From the NCBI GenBank assembly GCA_910586845.1, contig CAJUJV010000002.1:33357-97356 (forward strand): a stretch of 64,000 nucleotides of DNA, given 5' to 3'. The position numbers and the translations under genes were made by a program. The DNA comes from an uncultured Hungatella sp. (GTDB lineage: Bacteria; Bacillota; Clostridia; Lachnospirales; Lachnospiraceae). Of this stretch, positions 18,079 to 28,975 are shown in pieces (positions within the stretch are counted from its first letter, which is position 1; the number at the start of each line of letters is the position of its first letter). The notes beneath the pieces were generated by a model. That model had not been told where the DNA came from. It was given only the letters and a program-made list of their open reading frames with translations, and did not search any database.

Positions 18079-19482
18079 TTATTTCCAACCATCCGGCAGA
18101 TAGGACATGGTATTGGCGATCATGTCGTCTGCCAGTTTTCTGATATCCCCGTCCGCTGCCCGGCCCTTTACCAGCGGATCCCGGCGGAATGCTTCATAGA
18201 TCAGTTCCCGGTCACAGGTTAAAGCGGCTTTGAGGACAATCTCGTGATTGTCTGTATGAGGCCTGATGAGGGCCAGCACATCATCGGGAAGAGAACCGGC
18301 AGCCACAGGCTTGATGGAATCCCGGCCGAAGACGGCATTGGTCTCCACCACGGCAGAGGCCGGCAGGTTGGGGATCTGGAGCATGGTGTTGGGGATGTTC
18401 ACATTGCTGATAACCCTGTCCAGCCCGCACAGGGCCCGGATCAGAAGGATGCCTTCTTCGCCCGTGGGCTCCAGAGGGATCTCTTCTTCCTGGCCGACCA
18501 GGCGGGCGCTCCGTGCCAGACGGTTTTTCAGATTCTCTTTTCTCCAGTCTACGGTGGTCAGTCCGAACTTCCAGCTTTTTACGGTATCCGGATCTTTCAG
18601 GTATTCGCTGCCGGGCATAAACTCGGCCAGGTGCCGGTCTCCCGCAGCGGCGATGAGGCCGAACCGGTTAAACAGGTCGAATTTTACGCGGTGGGCGCAG
18701 TTAAAGGTACTGTTCATCCAGCTGCGGTCAGGTTCCTGGTATCCTTCCTCAAAATGTTCTTCGATATATCTGCGGTAGACAGGGAACAGGTCGATCCCTT
18801 TGTATGAGGCCTGGTCAAACCAGGTGAAATGGTTGATGCCAAGGACGTTGACCCGGATATCCCGGCGGTCAATATCCCGGATGTCCAGAGCCTTTTCGCA
18901 GATCCCCTTTAACACTTTCTGCGTTCCGAATACCTCGTGACAGCAGCCGAAAGCCTTGATCCGGGGAAATACGTGGTACAGGGTCTTTACGCACAGAGTC
19001 ATGGGGTTGGTGTAGTTGATGACCCAGGCATCGGGAGAATAGTCCCTGACAGCCTCGGCGATCTCCACAAACATGGGAATCGTCCTCAGAGCCCGGATGA
19101 TTCCTCCGGGGCCTGCGGTGTCGCCTACAGACTGGTAGATTCCCAGCCGCTCAGGGAGATGGACGTCAGAGGCCATCTCGTCGAAGGTGCCGGGCAGGAT
19201 GGAGATGACCACAAAATCCGCTCCCGTCAGGGCCTCTTTCAGGGAATGAGAAGTCACATAGTTCCAGTCCCCCCTGGTATCGCTCCTGGCAGTCAGGTGA
19301 TTGCCGATGATCTCGTTATTTTTTGCAGCTTTTTCGTCGATGTCATAGAGCCGGATGGTACCGCTTAAAGAATCCTCCATGGACAGATCCGTCATAAAGG
19401 TCCATGCCCATCCTCTGGAGCCGCCGCCGATGTAGGCGATCTGTAAATCTGTTACTTTGTCAGCAGAAACATCATAGTTCAT
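18079..19482 (-). CDS. GH4 NAD-dependent glycosidase, probably alpha-galacturonidase (LplD-like)
   Basis: IGGGS, GDTAGPGG, NYTNP, CHEV and GINHF motifs. Confidence 0.85.
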   Translation of the reverse strand: MNYDVSADKVTDLQIAYIGGGSRGWAWTFMTDLSMEDSLSGTIRLYDIDEKAAKNNEIIGNHLTARSDTRGDWNYVTSHSLKEALTGADFVVISILPGTFDEMASDVHLPERLGIYQSVGDTAGPGGIIRALRTIPMFVEIAEAVRDYSPDAWVINYTNPMTLCVKTLYHVFPRIKAFGCCHEVFGTQKVLKGICEKALDIRDIDRRDIRVNVLGINHFTWFDQASYKGIDLFPVYRRYIEEHFEEGYQEPDRSWMNSTFNCAHRVKFDLFNRFGLIAAAGDRHLAEFMPGSEYLKDPDTVKSWKFGLTTVDWRKENLKNRLARSARLVGQEEEIPLEPTGEEGILLIRALCGLDRVISNVNIPNTMLQIPNLPASAVVETNAVFGRDSIKPVAAGSLPDDVLALIRPHTDNHEIVLKAALTCDRELIYEAFRRDPLVKGRAADGDIRKLADDMIANTMSYLPDGWK

Positions 19483-19638
19483 AGTGCCGCCTCCTTATTT
19501 GTTCTTTTCTTCTGCTTTCAATGATACTATAATATAGGATAAGAGTCTTATAAATTAGGAGCGGATCCGGCAGAAATCGTACTATTGGCTACAGATCTCC
19601 GGTCGGAGAGGTTCCTGACAGAGGAAAGGGAAAACAGT

Positions 19639-20496
19639 ATGGAGCGGATCGGATTTCGGGGAAAGGCAGAAGGGCTGGAGATGGACAGGATCTTTCGGGA
19701 CAAAGAATTTTCCATGACAGCGAGACATTTTCATGAGACATATGAACTGTATGTTCTTCTGGAAGGGGAGAGGTACTATTTTATTGATCAGGAAACCTAT
19801 CTGGTGAAAGCGGGAGATGCCGTTCTGATCCGTCCCAATCAGATCCATAAGACCGGTACGGCAGGAGCTCCGGCCCACAGCCGTATCCTCCTCCAGATAG
19901 AAGAGGCCGGTCTGCTGCCTTATCTGAAGGACTGCCGGGTCCATACACTGGGAGATCTGTTCCGGTCAGGCGCTTCGGTCATCAGACTTTCAGAGGAAGA
20001 CCAGGAGCGTGCAAGGTATCTTCTGGAAGAACTGGAGACGGAGCTGTCCGCCGGGCAGGAATACCGGGAAGCGGTTCTCCGGCTGATTCTGGTCCGGCTG
20101 CTGCTTGTGCTGTCCCGATGCCAGCAGAAAGAGGACTGGTATCAGGAGCCGGAGACGGCCAGGACGTGGAAACACCAGAAAGTCCGGCAGGTGGCCCGGT
20201 ATCTGATGAAAAATCCGGAGACTCCGGAATCTCTTTCCCAGCTGGCAGCCAGATTCTCCGTCAGCAGATCCTATCTGAGCAGGATCTTCCGGGAAGTGAC
20301 CAGCTTTACGGTCAATGAATATAAAAACATCAGCCGGATAAAAAAATCCCAGGAACTGCTTCTACGCACGGACTGTTCCGTGACGGAGATCGCAGGGATC
20401 CTGGGTTATGATACGGTTACTTATTATGAGCGTGTCTTTAAGAGGTACACGGGAACCACGCCTCTGAGATACAAAAAACATTTCAGGAAAGGATAA
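19639..20496 (+). CDS. AraC-family transcriptional regulator
   Basis: Cupin HFHETYE plus C-terminal double HTH; divergent from the GH4 gene. Confidence 0.9.
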   Translation: MERIGFRGKAEGLEMDRIFRDKEFSMTARHFHETYELYVLLEGERYYFIDQETYLVKAGDAVLIRPNQIHKTGTAGAPAHSRILLQIEEAGLLPYLKDCRVHTLGDLFRSGASVIRLSEEDQERARYLLEELETELSAGQEYREAVLRLILVRLLLVLSRCQQKEDWYQEPETARTWKHQKVRQVARYLMKNPETPESLSQLAARFSVSRSYLSRIFREVTSFTVNEYKNISRIKKSQELLLRTDCSVTEIAGILGYDTVTYYERVFKRYTGTTPLRYKKHFRKG

Positions 20497-21295
20497 ATTT
20501 CTCGATGACTTCCGCCACAGCCCCTTCGTCGTTGGAAGCTTCCGTAATATAGTCGCAGTCCTTTTTGAGCCCCTCAATGGAATTGCGGACGCCTGCTCCC
20601 AGTCCGGCTGCTTTGATCATCGAAAGATCGTTGAAATTATCACCGATGGCGATGGTCTCTTCCGGCCGGACTCCCAAAAGCCGGGCCAGGGACAGAAGCC
20701 CGGCCCCTTTATTGACGCCCTTTCGGTTAAACTCGATAAAGCGGTTGCTGGAATAGCTTATATCCATCAGGGAGGCCAGGTCCTGATAATCGGCCTCGAT
20801 GCCGCGCAGATACTCATGATCCGTATTGACATAGAGCGCTTTCACAATGTCTGTGCCTCTGAGGAAATCAAGGCTGTCATCAGGGATCCGGCTGATCTTC
20901 ATCCTGGCGGACAGGGACTCGAAATCCTCCGGAGTGATATTGGAGGCATACACCATGTCTCTGGTGTAAATGTGGATCCCCACATCATATGTCAGCCCTC
21001 TTTCGTATAAAGTCCGGGCCAGGTCAAAGGAGATCCCCTCAAAATGCAGCAGGCGGTTCTGAAAATTTTCCGTAATGGCTCCGCCGTTAAAGGAGATCAC
21101 ATATTCTCCTTTCTCTCCCATGAGCCCCAGCTGCCGTAAGGTGGGATCCACCGAATGATATCCTCTGCCGGTGGCCGGAACAAATTTCACTCCGGCCTTT
21201 CGGGCTTTTTCTATGGCTTCCAGATTCCTTTTGCAGACGGAATGATCGGAAGACAAAAGAGTTTCATCCAGATCGCAGGCAATGATCCGGTACAT
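20483..21295 (-). CDS. Cof-type HAD-IIB hydrolase
   Basis: DLDETL, ATGR, NKG and GDNFND motifs. Confidence 0.9.
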   Translation of the reverse strand: MYRIIACDLDETLLSSDHSVCKRNLEAIEKARKAGVKFVPATGRGYHSVDPTLRQLGLMGEKGEYVISFNGGAITENFQNRLLHFEGISFDLARTLYERGLTYDVGIHIYTRDMVYASNITPEDFESLSARMKISRIPDDSLDFLRGTDIVKALYVNTDHEYLRGIEADYQDLASLMDISYSSNRFIEFNRKGVNKGAGLLSLARLLGVRPEETIAIGDNFNDLSMIKAAGLGAGVRNSIEGLKKDCDYITEASNDEGAVAEVIEKFILS

Positions 21296-21320
21296 AAATA
21301 TCCCCCCAGTTCTGTCTTTG

Positions 21321-21686
21321 TCAGCTCTTATGAGTCTCTTCGTCCACTTTTTCTGCGCCCTTCAGCTCATCCTCATCAGCCTTCTCCACCTTGATCTCCC
21401 AGTGGATCAGGAATGTAAGAGCAGCTCGGAGAACGATGATGGCAGCCACGGTGGCGATCTCCGAGAGTTCCCGGACGATAACGGTACGCAGAATCTCGCT
21501 TCCCAGCTTAAATTCCAGCCCCAGCGCCATGCCGGTGGCCAGATTCAGACGGATCTGGGGGTTTTTCTTTATGTAATCCCGAATTCCCCTCAGTCCTGCC
21601 AGGATGATGACAAACACACCTATAAATTCAAAGCAGACGATCGCCGCATCGACCACGTGGCGCAGCAGCAGTTCCAAAGTTTCCAT
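21321..21686 (-). CDS. DUF1622-family membrane protein
   Basis: LGLEFKLGSEILRTV...LRAALTFLIHWE. Confidence 0.8.
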   Translation of the reverse strand: METLELLLRHVVDAAIVCFEFIGVFVIILAGLRGIRDYIKKNPQIRLNLATGMALGLEFKLGSEILRTVIVRELSEIATVAAIIVLRAALTFLIHWEIKVEKADEDELKGAEKVDEETHKS

Positions 21687-21746
21687 AAATGACCCTCTCT
21701 TCCGGCGTCAAACCGCCTGTTTTATCTTCCCGGTATGAAGCCGGGA

Positions 21747-22838
21747 TCAGTTAGATTTTACTTCTTTCCACAGATTATTGTAAACAGAGTCCACTTGATC
21801 TCCAAGATACTGAAATACTTCGCAGTTGTCAAGAGATTCTATATCAGGAAATACTGCTTTATTGTTCCGGAGGTCTTCATCCAGCAGATCAAAGGCTCCT
21901 TTGTTGGGAGTAGGGTAGGTAATATACTCAAAGTTCATTTTGGCAATATCCGGGCGGCACATAAAATTGATCCATGCCTCTGCGTTTTCTTTGTTTTTGG
22001 CATTGGACGGAATCACCCAGGAATCGATCCACACGTTGGTGCCTTCTTCGGGAATCACATATTCCAGTTCATAATCCAGCCCCTGAGCCTCCACTTCCTC
22101 CTGGATGTAGAGCATCTCGCCGGAATAGATCACTCCTATGGCGGCCTCCCCGCCGATCATCTTGTCCCGGACCTGATCGATAACATAAGCCTGGACCAGA
22201 GGCTTCTGGCGGATCAGCAGATCCCGGGCCTCTTCAAGTTCCGCGTTATCCACAGAGTTCATGGAATACCCCAGAGATTTCAGAGCCACCATAAAAGCGT
22301 CTCTGACGCTGTCCTGCATAAGGATCTCGCCGCTGAATTTTTCATCCCACAGATCAGACCAGCGGGTGGGAACATCTTCCGGAGCCACCATGCCGGTATT
22401 ATAGAGGATTCCCACGGTGCCCCAGCAATAGGGAACGGAAAATTTGTTTTCCGGATCAAAGCTTCTGGATCTCTCCATATATTCCGGATCGATCTGAGAG
22501 ACATTGGGAATGTTGTCAAAGTTAAGCTCTGCCAGCATATTGTTCTCCACCATCTTCTGGATCATATAATCCGAGGGGCACACCACATCATAAGTCCGGC
22601 CTCCGGCCTCGATCACCGGATACATATCCTCATTGGTCTCGAACATATCATAGACGACTTTGATTCCCGTCTCTTCCTCAAACATACTGATGACTTCCTC
22701 ATCAATATACTCCCCCCAGTTATACACATACACTTCTCCGGCGCTTCCGGCCTTTCCGGCTCCGGCCTTTCCTCCGCAGCCCCCCAGGACCGCAGCCAGA
22801 ACCACCCCTCCTAGAATTACAGAAAACATTTTTTTCAT
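21747..22838 (-). CDS. potD: Spermidine/putrescine-binding lipoprotein
   Basis: Lipobox LGGC; YNWGEYID, PSDY, WGTVG and PEEG motifs. Confidence 0.92.
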   Translation of the reverse strand: MKKMFSVILGGVVLAAVLGGCGGKAGAGKAGSAGEVYVYNWGEYIDEEVISMFEEETGIKVVYDMFETNEDMYPVIEAGGRTYDVVCPSDYMIQKMVENNMLAELNFDNIPNVSQIDPEYMERSRSFDPENKFSVPYCWGTVGILYNTGMVAPEDVPTRWSDLWDEKFSGEILMQDSVRDAFMVALKSLGYSMNSVDNAELEEARDLLIRQKPLVQAYVIDQVRDKMIGGEAAIGVIYSGEMLYIQEEVEAQGLDYELEYVIPEEGTNVWIDSWVIPSNAKNKENAEAWINFMCRPDIAKMNFEYITYPTPNKGAFDLLDEDLRNNKAVFPDIESLDNCEVFQYLGDQVDSVYNNLWKEVKSN

Positions 22839-22858
22839 AATCACAATCCTCCTAAATT

Positions 22859-23653
22859 TCATTTTTCAAATTTCTTCTGAGGCGCAAAATTAGTTATAAT
22901 CAGCAGCGTCAAAACCGCCGCAAAGATAATGGTAGACAGGGCGTACATAGACGGCTTGATCCCGCGGCGGACTTCGCTGTAGATCAGGGTAGACAGCGTG
23001 TTGATCCCGGCTCCCTTGGTAAAATGAGTGATGATAAAATCATCCAGGGACATGGTAAATGCCAGAAGAAAACCTGACAGGACCCCCGGCAGGATATCGG
23101 GAAATACCACCCGGAAAAATGCGTACAGAGGCGAAGCGCCCAGGTCCATGGCAGCCTCATAGACGCTTTTACTGGTCTGCTTCAGTTTCGGCATGACGCT
23201 GAGGATCACATAAGGGATGTTGAACGTAATGTGAGCGATCAGGATGGTCTTAAAGCCCAGTGAGATGCCGAAGGCGATGAAAGCCAGCATCAGTGAGATA
23301 CCGGTAACGATATCGGCATTTAACATGGGGATGTTGGTGATCCCCATAATAATGGACCTGGACAGAGGCTTCATGCTGTTTATGGCGATGGCTGCCGCCG
23401 TGCCGATGACGGTGGCGATCAGAGCCGAGGCAAAGGCGATGACCAGGGTATTCTGCAGCGCGGTCATGATGGTGGCGCTCTCAAACATCTCTCCGTACCA
23501 CCGAAGGGTGAACCCGCCCCACTGGGTCCGGGATTTGGAATTGCTGAAGGAGAGGACCATGAGAGTGGCGATGGGCGCATAGAGAAACACCATGATCAGA
23601 ACCAGATAAAAATCTTCCAGGATCCGCTTAAGTGTATTTTTCGTCTTTTTCAT
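22859..23653 (-). CDS. potC: Polyamine ABC permease
   Basis: FLYAPI, EAAMDLGA and SLDDF motifs; operon context. Confidence 0.92.
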   Translation of the reverse strand: MKKTKNTLKRILEDFYLVLIMVFLYAPIATLMVLSFSNSKSRTQWGGFTLRWYGEMFESATIMTALQNTLVIAFASALIATVIGTAAAIAINSMKPLSRSIIMGITNIPMLNADIVTGISLMLAFIAFGISLGFKTILIAHITFNIPYVILSVMPKLKQTSKSVYEAAMDLGASPLYAFFRVVFPDILPGVLSGFLLAFTMSLDDFIITHFTKGAGINTLSTLIYSEVRRGIKPSMYALSTIIFAAVLTLLIITNFAPQKKFEK

Positions 23654-24465
23654 CAGAATGCAGTGCCCTCCCCGTTCTTATCATATTTGGCGATCAGGGC
23701 CATGCTGGCCAGTATGAAGACCATGAGCACCAGGGACAGACCTGATCCCAGATGCCAGTTGCTCCCTCTGGTAAATTCCTGCTCGATCACATTGCCGATG
23801 AGAAGGATCTTGCTGCCTCCCAGAAGGTTGGAGATGACAAAGGTGGTCAGGGCAGGCACGAATACCATGGTGATGCCGCTGATGACCCCGGGAAGGCTTA
23901 AAGGAAACCAGATGCGGAAAAGGGTCTGCCAGAAATCGGCTCCCAGGTCCTGAGCCGCATAGATGGTGTTGTCGTCGATCTTGCACAGCACGTTGTAGAT
24001 CGGCAGTACCATAAAGGGCAGAAAATTGTAAACCATGCCCAGGATAATGGCTCCCGGCGTGTTGATCAGCGACTGAGTGGGCAGCCGGAGTGCGGTCAGG
24101 ATGCCGTTGATCACGCCGTTGCGCTCCAGCAGAGTCTGCCATGCCAGAGTCCTGAGCAGGAAATTCATCCACATGGGAAGGATAAAAATAAATACGACAA
24201 AGCTGCCTTTCCCCACATTCCTTTTTCTGAGGATCATGGCCAGAGGATAGGCCAGTACCAGGCATATGACGGTGCTGACCAGGGAAAGTCCCATGGACAG
24301 CCACAGGGCCTTGGCGTGCTCGGCCGTGGCGATGGAGACCACATTGGCCATGGTAAACGCTCCGGATCTGTCCGTCAGTCCGTAATACAGGATCAGGATC
24401 AGGGGGATCACCGTGAATCCGGCCATCCATATGAGATAGGGGCCGGATAATAATTTTTTACTCAT
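23653..24465 (-). CDS. potB: Polyamine ABC permease
   Basis: [17 protein letters not shown] and AAQDLGA motifs. Confidence 0.92.
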   Translation of the reverse strand: MSKKLLSGPYLIWMAGFTVIPLILILYYGLTDRSGAFTMANVVSIATAEHAKALWLSMGLSLVSTVICLVLAYPLAMILRKRNVGKGSFVVFIFILPMWMNFLLRTLAWQTLLERNGVINGILTALRLPTQSLINTPGAIILGMVYNFLPFMVLPIYNVLCKIDDNTIYAAQDLGADFWQTLFRIWFPLSLPGVISGITMVFVPALTTFVISNLLGGSKILLIGNVIEQEFTRGSNWHLGSGLSLVLMVFILASMALIAKYDKNGEGTAF

Positions 24466-25531
24466 TGACTCCCACAGCCTCCTCGTCCTCTGATTCCGGT
24501 TTATTCATGATCTGAATATCAAAGGGATCTACATGGATACCTACGGCTTGCCCCACAGGACACATGTCCGTACTGTGGACCAGCCACTCGAAGCCGTCGG
24601 GGGTGGTAACCTCCATCTCATAGTGGACGCCCTTAAAAATAAGATGAGTGCACACTCCTGTGAGAGTGCCTTCCTCAGGGCTTACCAGATCGATGTCCTC
24701 CGCGCGGATGACCACATCCACAGGGGCGTTGGTGCCGAATCCCTTGTCCACACAGGCAAAACGGGCTCCGAAGATTTCCACCAGCTCGTCTCTGATCATG
24801 GTGCCGTGGACGATGTTGCTCTCCCCGATAAAGTCAGCCACGAAGGCATTTTCCGGTTCATTGTAGATCTGTTCCGGAGTGCCCATCTGCTGGATGTACC
24901 CCTGATTCATGACCACGATGGTATCGGACATGGTCAGAGCCTCCTCCTGATCGTGGGTTACATAGATAAAGGTGATGCCCAGTTCGTTCTTCAGACGGAT
25001 CAGCTCATACTGCATATCCTGACGCAGCTTCAGATCCAGGGCGCCGAGAGGTTCATCCAGGAGAAGCACCCGGGGCTCGTTGACGATGGCCCGGGCGATG
25101 GCGATCCTCTGCTGCTGGCCGCCGCTTAAGGAATCCACGCTCCGGTTCTCAAAACCATCCAGGTTCACCAGCTTTAATGCATACCGGATCTTGTCCTGTA
25201 TGTAAGCCCTGGGTTTATTCCTGATCTTAAGTCCAAATGCGATATTTTCTGCAATATTCATATGGGTGAACAGGGCGTATTTCTGAAATACGGTGTTCAG
25301 CTGACGTTTATTGGGAGGCAGGTTTGAGATGTCCTGTCCGTCAAAGATCACTTTGCCTGTATCGGCATGTTCAAAGCCGCCGATGATCCGCAGAGTCGTG
25401 GTCTTTCCGCAGCCGCTGGGACCGAGAAGAGTGACAAAGGTATTCTCCTTTACGGAAAGATTCAGGTCATCCAATACCAGAGTTCCGTCAAAACTCTTGG
25501 ACACGTTGATTAAATCAATAAGACTTCCCAT
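24458..25531 (-). CDS. potA: Polyamine ABC ATPase
   Basis: [18 protein letters not shown] and TOBE tail. Start at ATG 25531 after AGGAGG. Confidence 0.93.
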   Translation of the reverse strand: MGSLIDLINVSKSFDGTLVLDDLNLSVKENTFVTLLGPSGCGKTTTLRIIGGFEHADTGKVIFDGQDISNLPPNKRQLNTVFQKYALFTHMNIAENIAFGLKIRNKPRAYIQDKIRYALKLVNLDGFENRSVDSLSGGQQQRIAIARAIVNEPRVLLLDEPLGALDLKLRQDMQYELIRLKNELGITFIYVTHDQEEALTMSDTIVVMNQGYIQQMGTPEQIYNEPENAFVADFIGESNIVHGTMIRDELVEIFGARFACVDKGFGTNAPVDVVIRAEDIDLVSPEEGTLTGVCTHLIFKGVHYEMEVTTPDGFEWLVHSTDMCPVGQAVGIHVDPFDIQIMNKPESEDEEAVGVNE

Positions 25532-25563
25532 ATGGTTTCCTCCTGACTTTGTGAAAACTGATC

Positions 25564-26097
25564 TTAAAAGCTGGGCGGGGAGCCGACCCACAAAATGACG
25601 GCTCCGGATTTGCTTGTAAGGTAATGTTTCTTATCGGAAACGAAGTAGAAAGATTCTCCTTTTTTGGCTTTGTAGATCTTGCTGCCCAGGTGGATGGTGA
25701 TGGATCCCTGGATCACATAACCGAATTCTTCTCCTTCATGAGGATTGTCGGGGCAGGTCTCCCCGCCGGGGTCCAGAGTAAGCAAAATAGGCTCCATTAT
25801 GTTTTTCTGGGCATTGGGGATGATCCACTTGATCTCGTTTTTCAGTTCCGGATCCTGTTTTTCAAAATAATCGGCTTTTCCGAAGACGATCTGCTCCTCC
25901 GGAGATTCATTGAAAAACTCTCCAAGAGTAGTGCCGAGACACTGAAGGATATCCATCAGCGTGGCGATGGACGGAGAGGTCAGATTCCTCTCCAGCTGAG
26001 ATATGAATCCTTTGGACAGTTCCGCCCGGTCCGCCAGTTCTTCCTGGGTAAGGCCTTTGAGGATGCGAAGCTCTTTCAGTTTTAAACCGATATCCAT
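25564..26097 (-). CDS. XRE-HTH plus cupin regulator (PuuR-like) heading the pot operon
   Basis: [21 protein letters not shown] and [10 protein letters not shown]. Confidence 0.88.
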   Translation of the reverse strand: MDIGLKLKELRILKGLTQEELADRAELSKGFISQLERNLTSPSIATLMDILQCLGTTLGEFFNESPEEQIVFGKADYFEKQDPELKNEIKWIIPNAQKNIMEPILLTLDPGGETCPDNPHEGEEFGYVIQGSITIHLGSKIYKAKKGESFYFVSDKKHYLTSKSGAVILWVGSPPSF

Positions 26098-26201
26098 AGC
26101 TGCTCCTTTCCTGGCCGGCGAAAGCCGGTCTGCGCCGGCTTCATACACTGAGAGACAGACTGTATGGAACAGACGCTGATTTTAGCTGATTTGAACAAAA
26201 A

Positions 26202-26256
26202 GTTTACCAATACTAACTGATACTGGATATAATCATAAAGTTTAGTAATAATAAAC
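26202..26256. promoter_or_regulatory. Two imperfect GTTTAG-N5-CTAAAC palindromes, candidate operators
   Basis: GTTTACCAATACTAACT at 26202-26218 and GTTTAGTAATAATAAAC at 26240-26256. Confidence 0.5.
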
Positions 26257-26270
26257 AAGACGCAAATTCC

Positions 26271-26298
26271 ATTATACAGAAAAATATATGGCTGTCAA
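26271..26298 (-). promoter_or_regulatory. SigA promoter of the regulator-potABCD operon
   Basis: TTGACA-N16-TATAAT on the minus strand. Confidence 0.65.
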
Positions 26299-26371
26299 TA
26301 GATTTTTTGCGAAATATGTGATATTATAGGTTTAGCTTGAAAATCTCAGGAATTTTAGGAGGAGCGGTAAG

Positions 26372-27421
26372 ATGAAAGGCGTATATATGGCGTATGTAGG
26401 TTCCTACTCCTACACAGGCAATGCAAAAGGGATCGCTGTTTACGATGTGGATGTGGAGAACGGAAGATTTAAGGAACGGTGTGAGGTGGAGATTGACAAT
26501 GCTTCTTATCTGGTGCCTTCGGCAGATAATAAAACTCTGTATTCCATCTCCGATGAAGGCGTGGTATCTTTCCGTATCCACGAGAACGGAAGTATCACCA
26601 AGATGAATACGGCCAATATCAGGGGCATGAGGGGATGTCAGCTGTCTGTGGAGCCGGAGGGAAAGTATCTGTTTGTGTCAGGCTACCATGACGGAAAGTC
26701 CACGATCATGAACCTGAACCCGGACGGGAGCATCGGAAACATCGTCACAGGAGTGTACCATAAGGGACTGGGCAGCGTGGCGGAGAGAACCTTCCGTCCC
26801 CATGTCAGCTGTACCCGCCTGACACCGGACAGAAAGTTTATCATGGTGGCAGACCTGGGAGTCGACCAGGTGAAGATCTATAAATTTACGGCAGACCAGA
26901 TGGTCCTGGTGGATACCATCCCCTGTGATCTGGAATCGGCGCCGAGGCACTTTATCTTCAGCGGCGACGGAAAATTCATCTATCTCATGTATGAAGTAAA
27001 AAATGTAATCGACGTGTACACATACGAGACAGGAAAACGCGCCCCGAAGATCGAAAAGATTCAGACCATCCCCACGGCGGCGGGCAAGACAGCGGTCCAG
27101 CTGACGGCGGCATGTGCAATCCGGTTCTCTTCCGACGAAAAGTATCTGTTCTGCAGCAACGCAGGAGAGAATACGATCAATGTCTTCAGAAGAGATCCGG
27201 AGACAGGCCTGCTGGAGTCTCTCTGCTGTCTGCCGATCAGCGGCGATTATCCCAAAGACATTGCCGTTTTCCCCGATGACAGACATATTGCCTCCTTTAA
27301 CCATGAGTCAGGAACCATTACATTTTTTAATGTGAATTATGAAAAGGGACTTCTGGTCATGTGCGGAAGGCCCATGAAGCTTGACGAGCCCAACTGCTGT
27401 GCCATCGTGAAGGTACGCTGA
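26372..27421 (+). CDS. Beta-propeller lactonase (6-phosphogluconolactonase family)
   Basis: YVGSYS, DLGVD, PRH and GDYPKD motifs; propeller repeats. Confidence 0.82.
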   Translation: MKGVYMAYVGSYSYTGNAKGIAVYDVDVENGRFKERCEVEIDNASYLVPSADNKTLYSISDEGVVSFRIHENGSITKMNTANIRGMRGCQLSVEPEGKYLFVSGYHDGKSTIMNLNPDGSIGNIVTGVYHKGLGSVAERTFRPHVSCTRLTPDRKFIMVADLGVDQVKIYKFTADQMVLVDTIPCDLESAPRHFIFSGDGKFIYLMYEVKNVIDVYTYETGKRAPKIEKIQTIPTAAGKTAVQLTAACAIRFSSDEKYLFCSNAGENTINVFRRDPETGLLESLCCLPISGDYPKDIAVFPDDRHIASFNHESGTITFFNVNYEKGLLVMCGRPMKLDEPNCCAIVKVR

Positions 27422-27422
27422 C

Positions 27423-28523
27423 ATGGCGGGCTCCACCTGGGGAACCCTGCTTACCATGACTACATGGGGGGAATCCCACGGAAAGGGACTGGGAGTAGTG
27501 GTCGACGGCTGCCCTGCGGGGCTTCCTCTGTGTGAGGAGGATATCCAGAAATATTTGGACCGGAGGAAACCGGGACAGAGCAGATTTGCCACCAGGCGCC
27601 GGGAAGGCGACGAGGCGGAGATCCTGTCCGGCGTTTTTGAGGGCAGGACCACGGGGACTCCCATATCCATCCTTGTGCGCAACATGGACCAGCGCTCCCG
27701 TGATTACTCTGAGATCAGGGAGATTTACCGGCCGGGACACGCGGATTATACCTTTGATGCCAAGTATGGATTCCGGGATTACCGGGGCGGCGGCCGTTCT
27801 TCCGGCAGAGAGACCATTGGCCGCGTGGCAGCCGGGGCCATAGGGGCAAAGCTGCTGGAGAGTCTGGGCGTCACGGTGACGGCCTACACCAGGTCCATAG
27901 GGCCTGTGGAGATCAGTATGGACCGGTTCGATCCGGAACAGAGATTTGCCAATGACCTGTGCATGCCGGATGCCCTGGCTGCAGAGGAAGCCGGACGGTA
28001 CCTGGAAGAGCTGATGGAGGGACAGGATTCGGCGGGAGGGGTGGCGGAGTGCGTCATCGACGGTCTTCCTCCCGGAGTGGGCGAGCCTGTCTTCGAAAAA
28101 CTGGATGCCAGACTGGCCCACGCCGTCATGTCCATCGGAGCCGTCAAGGGCGTGGAGATCGGAGACGGCTTCCGGGCAGCCTCGTCCACAGGTTCTGCAA
28201 ACAATGACAGATTTGTCACAGGTCCCGGCGGTGCCGTGGCCAAGGCGGAGAACCATGGGGGAGGGACCCTGGGCGGCATCAGCGACGGGAGCCGGGTGAC
28301 AGTGCGGGCGGCATTTAAGCCGACTCCTTCTATTTCCCGTCCACAGAGGACCGTGAACCGCAGAGGAGAAGAAGTGGAGACAGTGATAAAAGGCCGTCAT
28401 GACCCGGTCATCGTTCCCAGAGCCATAGTAGTCCTGGAGACCATGACGGCGTTTACGGCGGCGGATATGGTCCTCATAAGTATGAGTTCCAGGCTGGACC
28501 GGATTCAGAAATTTTTCACATAA
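27423..28523 (+). CDS. aroC: Chorismate synthase
   Basis: WGESHG, RPGHAD, RSSGRET, KPTPSI and GRHDP. Confidence 0.95.
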   Translation: MAGSTWGTLLTMTTWGESHGKGLGVVVDGCPAGLPLCEEDIQKYLDRRKPGQSRFATRRREGDEAEILSGVFEGRTTGTPISILVRNMDQRSRDYSEIREIYRPGHADYTFDAKYGFRDYRGGGRSSGRETIGRVAAGAIGAKLLESLGVTVTAYTRSIGPVEISMDRFDPEQRFANDLCMPDALAAEEAGRYLEELMEGQDSAGGVAECVIDGLPPGVGEPVFEKLDARLAHAVMSIGAVKGVEIGDGFRAASSTGSANNDRFVTGPGGAVAKAENHGGGTLGGISDGSRVTVRAAFKPTPSISRPQRTVNRRGEEVETVIKGRHDPVIVPRAIVVLETMTAFTAADMVLISMSSRLDRIQKFFT

Positions 28524-28534
28524 GGAGACTGTAT

Positions 28535-28975
28535 ATGAAGATTGCAATCGGCAATGACCATGCGGCTGTGGACATGAAGCTGGGAGTGAAGGCCCACCTG
28601 GAGAGCCGGGGGATCGAAGTCATAGATATGGGAACCCATACATCGGACAGCTGTGATTATCCGGTGTACGGAGAGAAGGTGGGAAGAGCCGTGGCATCGG
28701 GGGAGGCGGATCTGGGCATCGCCATTTGCGGAACCGGAGTGGGTATCGCCATGGCGGCAGGCAAAGTAAAGGGGATCCGGGCCTGTGTGTGCAGCGAACC
28801 CTGTACTGCCAGGCTGTCCCGGATGCACAATGATTCCAATGTACTGGCCTTCGGAGCCAGGATCATCGGTATGGAGATGGCAAAAATGATCACGGACGCA
28901 TGGCTGGATGCAGAGTATGAAGGCGGAAGGCACCAGAGACGGATTGATCAGCTGATGGAGATAGAGAACAGATGA
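28535..28975 (+). CDS. rpiB: Ribose-5-phosphate isomerase B
   Basis: GNDHAA, DYP, CGTGVG, HND and GGRH. Confidence 0.93.
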   Translation: MKIAIGNDHAAVDMKLGVKAHLESRGIEVIDMGTHTSDSCDYPVYGEKVGRAVASGEADLGIAICGTGVGIAMAAGKVKGIRACVCSEPCTARLSRMHNDSNVLAFGARIIGMEMAKMITDAWLDAEYEGGRHQRRIDQLMEIENR

